NCBI GenBank assembly: GCA_964016885.1
Contig: OZ024740.1
Span: forward strand, 78,802,001-78,866,000
From: Eledone cirrhosa
Taxonomy: Eukaryota
DNA length: 64,000 bases
Direction of reading: 5' to 3'
Shown piece by piece: positions 53,715 through 64,000 of the stretch; positions within the stretch are counted from its first letter, which is position 1, and every line of letters starts with the position of its first letter. Position numbers and translations under genes: made by a program. Under the pieces are notes generated by a model. The model did no database searches. It worked only from the letters and a program-made list of their open reading frames with translations, and had not been told where the DNA came from.

Positions 53715-56700
53715 TGGTTAGTTTTTCGATATGATGGATGGACTATGGAATTCTGGAGAGTTGAAGAGAGAAAAATGTGGACGCTCAGCGACAATGCCAA
53801 AGATAAAGACAAATTCAACTCGTGGACGAGAATGCAAGCACTCCTCCTTGTTTCGGCCGAGGATGGCTAACATACCCCCCCCCCCCCTCCGCCCCACCGC
53901 CCCCACCCTCCAAACGCAATCCAAAACTTCAGAGTTGGTACCATGAATGTAGGTCCCTTAAAGGGTCGCTCTAACGAGGTTGTAGAAGTGCTTGAACGTA
54001 AGGAGGTCGATGTTTGTTGTATTCAAGAGACCAGGTGGAGGGGAGGGTCCGCTAGATTCATCGTGGGTAAAGAACGATGCTATAAGCTTTTCTGGGTGGG
54101 AAATGACAATGGGCTGGGTGGAGTAGGAATCATGGTAGCAGAAAAGTGGGCAGATAAGATAATAGACGTAAATAGAGGGAACGACAGAATAATTAAAATA
54201 AGACTTGTCCTCAATAGAACTACGGTGACAGTAATATCTGCGTACGCACCCCAATCCGGACCGCCTGGCGCTATAAAAGACAGATTCTATGAGACACTGA
54301 TGCTCGCTACCTCCCAAATAACCGACAGTGACTATATAATTATTGCAGGCGACCTAAATGGTCACGTTGGACAACATTGTGACGGCTATGATGGAATCCA
54401 TGGAGGCTATGGGTTCGGTACTAGAAATGAGGAAGGCTCCAGAATCCTGGAATTCTGTGACGCAAATAACCTAACTATCTGTAACACTGACTTCAAAAAA
54501 TGAGACAATCACTTGATCACCTATAGATCGGGGGAACACACAAGCCAGGTAGATTATATCCTTACCAGAAGACGTGACAGAGTGTCTGTTGTTAACACTA
54601 AATCCCTCCCCCATGAAGAATGCACCTCCCAACATAGACTGATAATTAGCAACCTCATAGTCAGGACGAGACGTACTAGACAGCAGAAGAGGACTATCCT
54701 CAGGAGAAAAATATGGAAGCTAAAGGACCCCATAGCCAGAAATAAATTTCAAAGCATATTACTTGATGCTTTCGACAGTAAGGAAGAGCAATTAGAGTCG
54801 TATAATATAGAGGAACAGTGGAAATTCCTGAAAGCAAACCTGCTGACGGCGGCAGACGAAGTCTGTAGCTGGAGCAGGCCTATAGGTAGGAGGAGAGTAA
54901 CATGGTGGTGGAACAGTAAGGTGGAGGAGTCAATTAAGGCCAAAAAGCAGGCTTGGAAAGTATGGCGGGATGGGGGAAGTAGAGAAGACTATCAAGTGGC
55001 CAGGAGGGAAGCTAGGAGACAAGTGTACTTCGCAAGAAGGGAAGCAGAGGAAAGAAAGTTCAAGCATGTTCTACAACGTGAGGACCAAAAACGTGAGGTG
55101 TTCAGGATTGCTAGGCAATGTGTCAAGGAAAACCGTGATATTGTCGGGGAGAAGTGTGTACTTAATGATGATGGCATACTTGCCATCACTGACACTGATA
55201 AGAAGGTAGCTTGGAAGTGTCACTACGAAAGGCTTCTAAATGAGGAGAACAAATGGGAGAAAGACAGTCTCCCCCACATCGACCCAATAGAGGGACCAGC
55301 AGTGTTGGTCGAAGGTAGTATAATAAGTAAGGCAATCAAAGATACGAAGACGGGTAAGGCGGCTGGGCCTTCGGAAATAGTTGCTGAGATGCTGAAAGCC
55401 TCTGGAACGGTGGGACACACCATGGTCACCCGGATAGTAAACCAAGTCATGAAGAATGTGGTTGTTCCGAAGGACTGGCATAGCAGCATCATCATTAACT
55501 GTTACAAGGGTAAAGGAGATGCCCTAGACAGGTGTAACTATAGAGGCATTAAATTAATCGACCAGGTCATGAAGGTCACGGAAAAAGTAATAGCGCAACT
55601 AGTCAGAGAGAGAATTGATCTAGATGAAATGCAGTTCGGGTTTGTGTCAGGCAAAAGTACCACAGACGCTCTTTTCATTGTACAACAACTACAGGAGAAG
55701 TACCTAGCTAAAAGTAAACCCCTATACTTAGCTTTTGTTGACTTGGAGAAAGCCTTTGACAGAGTACCCCGTTCCATTATCTGGTGGGCTCTTAGAAAAC
55801 TAGGTGTTGACGAATGGCTTGTGAGAGCTATACAAGCCATGTATAAAGAAACAGTCAACAAGGTTAGAATTAACAACGAATATAGTGAAGAGTTTAACGT
55901 AAAAGTTAGTGTCCATCAGGGCTCTGTTCTTAGCCCCCTACTATTTATTATTGCCCTTCAGGCTATAACAGAGGAGTTCAAGACCAGCTGCCCATGGGAA
56001 CTCCTATACGCAGATGATCTAACGCTCATAGCTGAATCAATGACTGAACTAGAGAAGAAATTCCAAACATGGAAGCATGGCCTAGAATCAAAAGGCCTTA
56101 AAATTAACCTGGCTAAGACTAAAGTTCTAGTTTGTAGGAAAGAAAATAAGGCACCGATCCCTTCCGGGAAATGGCCATGCTCAGTGTGTAGGAAAGGCAT
56201 AGGTGGAAACTCCATTTTATATCCCAAATGCAAAGTATGGGTGCATAAAAGATGTAGTAGGATCACAGGTAAGCTAACTAAGAACATAGATTTTGCATGT
56301 TGCCGGTGCTCTGGTGCAATAAGTAGCAGCAAGTGCCCACAAAATACTAGCTCTTTCAATTGCGCAGAGGGTTCTATAGAAATAGTGGACAGCTTCCGTT
56401 ACCTGGGTGACAAAATCAGCAGTGGGGGAGGGTGCTCTGAAAGTACAGTAGCTAGAGTCAGAACTGGATGGAAAAAGTTCAGAGAGCTTATACCACTATT
56501 AGCCGCTAAAGGGTTCTCCCTAAAAATGAAAGGCAGGCTGTATGATGCCTGCATACGAACAGCAATGTTGCATGGCAGTGAGACCTGGGCATTATGTGCA
56601 GAGGATATACGCAGACTAGAGAGGAATGAAGCTTGCATGCTCCGCTGGATGTGTAATAGTAATATACGTGAACAGCTAAGCATAAACGAACTAAGGAAAA

Positions 56701-57346
56701 AAATAGAAATAAGAGGGATCAGATGTTGTTTACTCGAGAGAAGGCTACGTTGGTATGGTCACGTGATGCGCATGAAAGACGACAGCTGTATAACAAAGTG
56801 CAGGGCAATAAAGATAGACGGTAGCCACGGAGTAGGCAGAGCCAGAAAAACCTGGGACGACATGATAAATTCCGACCTCACATGCTTACACCTCTCCAAG
56901 ACAATGTCACTGGACCGAGACCTTTGGCAGTACTCAGTAATAGAGAAGACCCGCCTTACCTAAATACAAAGTAAAACCTACTACAGTCAGTAGGCATCTC
57001 TAACAAAATACATCCCCGTCCCACCACCCCCACCCCATCCACAACGCTCCTTTCAATGTAAAGTTATGTTGGTGCCACAAATCCAGGCCGAAACAAATGA
57101 GATCGTGTAGGTGTCACGACAAAAAACACACAGTCCACGCTGTAATGTGGCCGTGTAGGCAACACGGTAAAAACCTCCAAGACCCACACTGTAAATGTGG
57201 TTGGTGTTAGGAAGGGCATCCAGCTGTAGAAAACCCGCCAGACAGTCCTATGCGAGCAAGACAATCACTCTTGCCTCAAGTGGGAAAACCCCCGTCCAAA
57301 CCCATGCAAGCGTGGAACACGGTCGTTAAACGTTGATGATGATGAT
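53715..57346 (+). mobile_element. RTE LINE family A, essentially full length
   Basis: EN 53943..54503 and RT 54513..56963 are in the same frame, separated by one TGA (CGA in the 8150 copy); upstream frameshift in a poly-C run near 53875; 3' UTR and (GAT)n tail; 5' boundary approximate. Confidence 0.93.
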
Positions 57347-57352
57347 ATATAT

Positions 57353-57525
57353 AATTGTTTCTACTTTAGGCACAAGGCCAGCAATTACCCAGTGCATTAC
57401 TGGTACTTTATTTTATCGACCCCGTAAGGATGAAAGGCAAAGTCAACCTCGGCGGGATTTGAACTCAGATCGTAAAGGGACGTAACTATGCTGGAAAGCA
57501 TGGCGTCCGACCCTCCACTGATACT
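57353..57525 (-). mobile_element. tRNA-derived SINE (same family as 22858), adjacent to the RTE tail
   Basis: Near-identical reverse complement of 44290-44465. Confidence 0.85.
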
Positions 57526-57773
57526 ATTTCAGATAGGTTGGTTAGCTGAAAATATAATTAATTTCATTATCATGTTTTTATTTCTGAGTTAACATGGCAA
57601 AAATATTTAGGGCGTTATCATCTTAAAACCAAAGAGTTATTTAGAAAATGCTTTGTTGGTAGAGTTAGATTATTGTTTTCTTTGTTTATTTAAGATATTT
57701 TTTATTAAAACACGCACGGCCGCACACACGCACGCACGCACACACACGCACGCACGCACACACACACACACAC

Positions 57774-57813
<40 letters not shown>

Positions 57814-58129
57814 TGGGTGTATGAATACAAAGAACTCTACTTTCTCAGTATACATATCAAAATAGTTTTTGTTTAAAATTAATAAAGTTTAAATCTACTA
57901 TATAAAATAGTTAATTTTTATTTGTCTCAGCAATATTTCATTAGAATATTTGATTATATATAATATTTTTTTTTCACTCAATATTCTATTTTCTTTACTA
58001 TTATTCTTTTATTTTATTAGTTTCAGTAATCAGACTGTGGCTATGTTGAAGCACAGTCAATCATATCAAGTCTGATACTTATTTTGCAATCTTTTTTTTT
58101 TCTTTTTGAAACTTATGAGATATAAACTA

Positions 58130-58160
<31 letters not shown>

Positions 58161-58899
58161 CACTCACTCACCCACTCGCTCATTTGTTTTCCAAATTACA
58201 TTCACAAGCCATTGGTCAACCCAAGTCTAGCACTTGCCCAAGGTGCCACACAGTGGGACTGAACCCCAAAACTATGTGGTTGCAAAGCAAAATCCTTAAC
58301 CACACAGCCATGCCTGGGCCTATTAATTATATAATGTCTGTATTATTGTTTTTATGTTAAGTGTAGAGATTATTGTGTCTGTTGTTGCTTTTTGTGTGTG
58401 TAGTAATTTTTTAAGATACCATTAAACATTGATTGTAATTAGTTACAATATTGGAATTTAATTATATGGGGTGATTTGACAGAATTGTTAGTGTAGAACA
58501 AAATACCTTGCAGTGTTTGTTCTGGCTCACTGTACTTTGTCTTCAAATACCACTGAGATCAACTTTATTTGTCATCCTTTCTAAAAGAAATGCAACACAC
58601 AACCTGGTCTAGGAATCAAACCCACAGCATCAGTTGTTAGCTGCCGAGACATTGCATCCTTTAAGACACTCATGCTTCCCGAAATACGCCAAAACTACAC
58701 CTGATGTACCCCTTCCATACACATGCACACATATGTGTATCATGACTCATGCACTGTTCATTTTCCTGATGTTTGTACATTACCCTATGTACTATACATA
58801 CACTTTTTGATGAGTTTGTAGTGCACCTGACCACTACACAATATTTCATTATTATTATTATGTTTGTAAGTGCAACACTAAACTACTAGACCATGCACT

Positions 58900-59200
58900 T
58901 TCATCATCTTCACCTTTTAATGTCTATTTTCCATGCTTGCATGGGTTAGATGGGTTGTCACATTATGAGACAAGTCCACTCAGGTTATCATGTCTTGCTC
59001 ATATGGAACTGTTTATGACTTGGTTTCTGCAGCTGGATGCCTTTCCTGATGCCAGCCACATTACAATGTGAACTGGATGTTTTTTATCATGGCACTAAAA
59101 TAACCACCTACAGGGTGGACTGAGCTTTTATGTTGTATCACCAACACTATCACCTTACAGGGTGGACTGAGTGCTTTTTTTGTCATATCACTAGCATTAC
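58900..59200 (-). mobile_element. RTE 3'-UTR-related repeat
   Basis: CAGCTGGATGCC core, tandem units and tail; further copies at ~59620-59820, 61270-61470, 61935-62110, 62170-62440 and 62495-62700. Confidence 0.6.
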
Positions 59201-60077
59201 TGCTCTATAGCAGTAGATAAAAGAAAGTATCCATGATGTTTGTACCAGCATTATGCATTCTGAGTTGTTTGGGTGGTAGTCTTGATCTACTGCTCGGTTT
59301 TAACACCACCACATGGATCAAGAATTACAGCTAGGTCTCTGTTTTAAGAATAACTTCTTCCTTCTGCCTACCAGTCTTGGAAGCCCTGAACAAATAAAGT
59401 TCATGAGCACTGTCCTATTCTTCTTAACTCAACTGTAACAAAAACAAAAATGTTTAGTGGTTAATATTTCCAGATAATTTTTTTTTGTGGTTAAATGAAT
59501 ATAATCATTAAACATCAGTATTGCAAATAGGTGGATTACTAGCTTATAACTACAACTATTGTATTGTATCCTATGCCAAAGAAGATTACTAAACTTAACT
59601 CTTTCTAGATCATCTGCATCAACATCATATATCAGTTTTCCATGCTGGCATGTATTGAGTCTGCTATCATGATCTAAGACTAGACAGATTAGAGCAACCT
59701 CATCTTGTTCATACATTCCATATTTGGCATGGTTTCTATGACTGGATGCTCTTCATATGCTAACCACTTTACATAATGTACTGGATGCATTTTATCATCT
59801 TACCAGTGCGACCACTTTATTGTAATATAGATGTTTTACATTGGTTTAACTATAGAAGGCTAAACAGCAAAGTCATCACCTGAAAAAGTGCTAGAAATAG
59901 CAGCAAAATACACTGTCTGTAAAAGACAAAGATGAGATAGTTGCAGTTTGAACATCTAATAGTAGGCTTTCTCAGCAACAATAAAATTTTAATTTCAATA
60001 AATTACTTATAATGTCGTTGAAGTTTATATTCCTCGGGAAACATGAAAAAATTATTCTTTTCTGATCAACAGCAAAA

Positions 60078-61204
60078 TCTATATATATAAAACTGAGGTT
60101 GTCTGTCTGTCTACTACAACGGTCGGCACACATCTCCTCCTAAACTGTACGTTCAAATTTCGGTGAAATTGCTACACTTATAGATGAAGGTCCGGCGGAG
60201 ACATTGGTAAAAAAAATGTTCAAATCGACCCACGCCAAGTGCAAAAATCGAATTTGTAATGTATTCATTTTTCAGTTCAAATGTATAAATAGAGATGAGA
60301 GACGAGTTATTTCCCTTTTATGGCGTCATTTGTTTATCTATTTACGCTTGCAAAAGTACAAAAAAATACACGAACAGTTTTCGGGCCAGCAAAATTCATG
60401 AGTTTGAAGTTTCAACATTAAGCTTCCATTTTGCTTCATTTCCATTAAAAAGTCTTTTAAAACAATATTTTTACTTGAAAACAAGCCTATTTGAATACAC
60501 CGTAAAACAAGCAAATATTTTGTAAAATAAAGCATTGATCTATATATATAATCTCGAATAAAGCCTTATGAGATTTTCATTTAGTTACCACATGAAAGTC
60601 TACACTGTAGACTCTACAGTTTTTTAGCCAAGAAAGGAACTTAACATTGTAACTTTAACACAGCTACTGAGCAGCCCCGAGCAACGCCAGGCTTTACTGC
60701 TATAGGCGATAAAGTTGTGCAGACAGACAGTCGGGCTGATAGACGATGGAGGCATGCAGACACAATCGTGCAGAGAGGTGATATAGGCAATAAAGTTGTG
60801 CAGACAGACAATCGTGCAGAGAGGTGATAGGCAATAAAATTGCATTTTTTTGTTTTTGTTTTTCATGTCCATCCAATTTCTTTGTTTCAAAATAACTGAT
60901 AGTTTGGTTACACTGATGTTTTTCTCTGACACAAGTGTTGCAGTGTTTACATTTTCGATTTTTGTTAATAGATTACCAGTACAGTTTTTATCCCCAGCAT
61001 CCTCTTTTGTTTTTACATTCGAGTTATGGTTATGTTTTCTACACTTCATAAGGCATACCGTTGGTTGAGAGAATATTAATCAAAAGTACCACATGAAAGT
61101 CTACACTGTAGACTTTACAGTTTTTAAGCCAAGAAAGGAACTTAACATTGTAACTTTAACACAGCTACTGTGCAGCCCCGAGCAACGCCGGGCTTTACTG
61201 CTAG
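60078..61204 (+). mobile_element. Composite non-autonomous Helitron
   Basis: A|TCTATATATATAAAACTGAGG 5' end; hairpin GCCCCGAGCAACGCCGGGC plus CTAG|T at 61204; internal duplicate 3' end at 60586-60703. Confidence 0.85.
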
Positions 61205-64000
61205 TGTTTTATAAATTAGAACTAAGTGTATGTGTTTTTCTATAATGCAGGGTCATGCATTTTATTGTGGTGGTGGTGCTGGTGCCATTATAAAATGCAC
61301 CTGGTACACTCTGTTAAAGGATTATTATCATTGAGCCATAGAAACCATGTCAGAAATGGAACATATGAACAAGATATGTTTCTCTAGCCTATCTTGTCTT
61401 GGACCATGACAACCTGTCCAACCCATGCCTGCATAGAAAATGAACATAAAATGATGATGATGATGATGATAATGAATGCTTTGAAGAACAGCTTTCTATG
61501 CATTGGAACTACATTAAACATGCCTATCATTTTAAATACTATACCGAAATATGTAATTAAAAAAAATAACATTTATGTCTTTGTTAAGGTGTAAACACAA
61601 GATAAGCACCACACCCCTATCCATAATATTTCCAACTGATCTAAAGTATTACTATCTAAACACACAAGTCCCTGTTAAAAATAACAAATGCTGTTGTGTC
61701 TTAGTAATATATCAAATCACCAAAAGAATGGAAATCTAGAGCTGGAACAGTCATTTAGATTCTCTCTTCTCTTTTAGAAGTCATTAGAGTGTTTTCTTGT
61801 AATTTTCTTGATTACATAAACTTGTGATTAGTATTGGTTTAGGAAAGCTGGTAAGATATAGGTTAGAAATATAGGAGTGGAAACTAAAGTAAAACAAACA
61901 AACCAACGAAACAATAATTTACAGTTTACCTTTATCATCATCTCCATTTAAGATTTTATTTTCCATGCTTGCATGGGTTAGATGGGTCGTCTACATTATG
62001 AGGCAAGCCTGGCCAGTTGGCTGTGTGGTACCTTCCTCAAATGGAACTGCATTTTAGCTGTTTCTTTTTACAGCTGTATGTCCTTCCTAACACCAACCAT
62101 CTTTACAGTATGTAACTTGGTGATCCCGTTACGAGGAGGGTCTGGCCATTTGACTGCGCCATAATTTTATCACCATCAACATCATTGTTTAACATCTATG
62201 TTCCATGCTAGCATGGGTTAGACGATTTGTTCTGTTTGAAGCAAACTGGGTGAGGTGACCATATCTTACTCATACAGAACTAACTGTTTCTGGCTTCGTT
62301 TCTATGACTGGATGCCCTTTCTAATGCCAACCACATTTACAGTGTATGCTGGGTGCTTTTTGTTGTGACACCTACACAACCACATTTACAGTGTCTTCTG
62401 GGTGCTTTTTGTTGTGACATCTACATGACCACTTTACATTGTGCATGCATGTATGTTGAGATTGAAACTTCTTTGTTACACTCTTTCTGTCCTGATCATC
62501 ATCATCATCATCCTTTTTACATTCACTTTTCCATGCTTGCATGGGTTGGAATGTGGGAGTTATGTTTGTCGTACTGTTAATATTTTGACACGGTTTTTCT
62601 GGCTAGATGACCTTCCTATCACCAACCACCTTTCAGTGTAGACAGGGTGCAGTATTTGTGCCACTAGCACTAAAGAAGTTGTCTAAATGGACTCAAGAGC
62701 CCTCTCATCCATGTGTTTTATTTGGAGTGTCTGCTCTCCTAGACAGGTTGCCTTCACTATGGTTTACAAGATCCACATCTACCCCTCTGACATAATTGCT
62801 TTGCAGTTGCAAATCTTTGATTAAGCTGCAGAGAATGTAATGAAAATTTTAACACCACTAAATAGATAAAAATGTGAATATAGCAGATTTTGTGGGGTTT
62901 TTTTGAATGGCTAAAACTAAATCAGTACATAAAACAAAACATCTAGCAGCATATTTTACAGCTCACTGTGCTACACATTGAAATCCCACTGTGACCAGCA
63001 TTTGTGGCAGGCTTAACTTGTCTAGTGTAACACCATCATCTGGCCCTTAAATACCTTTAGCAAGCACTTGGGCCAGGTCTCTAGTTTGAAAATACTTTTT
63101 TTGTTATTCCGACCAGTCTTGAAGGCCCTGACTAAACAGTAAAATATATCTTCAAGAGAGTCTTCAAATGTTATAGCAAAGAAGGGATTACTATTGAAGA
63201 AACAAGCAAAGGTTGCTGCAGTCAATTATCAGAGTGAGGATGATATCACACAACTAAGATCAGTTTCATAGATAACTTTCCCAGCAGAAATATTTCAGCA
63301 TTTGTCTAATGATAATGCAGTAAAAATTAGGACTTAAAATGCTAAATATTATTTTCAAATTATTATAGTATTTTTATTTTACTTCACATTTAATAGCGCT
63401 AATGCAAACAGTGATATTTGTTAATGCCCTGCATAAACAGAAATATCAGAGCTCAGCAAGGAATCATGCAAAAATCTATACCTTACTTAAAAAAACAACT
63501 GAGGATTGGTATTGTGAAAGACATCTAGATGTAGAATTCTGTCTCGAAATTTATATTAGCATGGAAAGATCATCAAAAACAATGATGATGATGATGATGA
63601 TGAAGGAGGTGATGATATGTCCAGAATTAATCTTTTGGATCCTGAACTTCTTATATCAGTTATGCTTTCTTTGACCTTAAATTTGTATACAAATGGCACA
63701 ACTCTGTTTAGCTCTTTCTCTAAATCCAATGTCTTGACTGTATCTGTTAACATCAACATCTTTTACCAGCCACCAATCTGGGAATATGGTAATATTCCAT
63801 GAAATTGACAACATATTTCTGTCTTATTCTGATCTCATCAGCAGAGCATAGGTTTTATAATACTTGCTGATGTAGGGATGAAAGAATTGCTAACATTAGT
63901 TTTAGGAGAATATAAATTCCAGTGTTTTTTATCATTTTCATCTCTGTGTGTCAGGATTATTTGTTAATTTTGCATTTTTACAAAAATTGTTAAAAATAAA

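Noticed and set aside
54501-54503. TGA between EN and RT as programmed readthrough
   Set aside because: The paralogous copy has CGA at 8819-8821, so this is simple CpG decay
63805-63848. CTGATGA...GAAATATGT motif (minus strand)
   Set aside because: No stem I and a weak stem II

Overview
AT-rich eukaryotic genomic DNA, almost certainly octopus/cephalopod (inferred from the RTE LINEs with (GAT)n tails, Meta-domain-type tRNA SINEs and very dense TA/CA microsatellites). The only host coding sequence I can support is one 150-bp exon (28952-29101, +) resembling HSF2BP/MEILB2. The rest is intergenic/intronic repeat landscape. It holds at least five young copies of one RTE family (two near full length), a second RTE family with three C-terminal C2H2 fingers, and three Penelope-like elements (PLEs) of apparently different clades (Hydra-, Naiad- and Neptune-like) packed into a (TA)n hotspot at 1.6-16 kb. 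There are also two non-autonomous Helitrons, a piggyBac remnant, MITEs and many SINEs. Not visible in the ORF track are seven type I hammerhead ribozyme (HHR) motifs at six loci. Two lie at PLE 3' ends. The others are in short non-coding (TA)n-embedded units, including a ~640-bp terminally redundant retrozyme-like element and a 110-bp palindrome with an HHR on each strand. A 1-kb non-coding element with two 407-bp direct repeats carries a predicted pseudoknotted three-way junction with only half of the HHR core; it is the best candidate for something undescribed. All assignments are by eye, without database searches or folding software.
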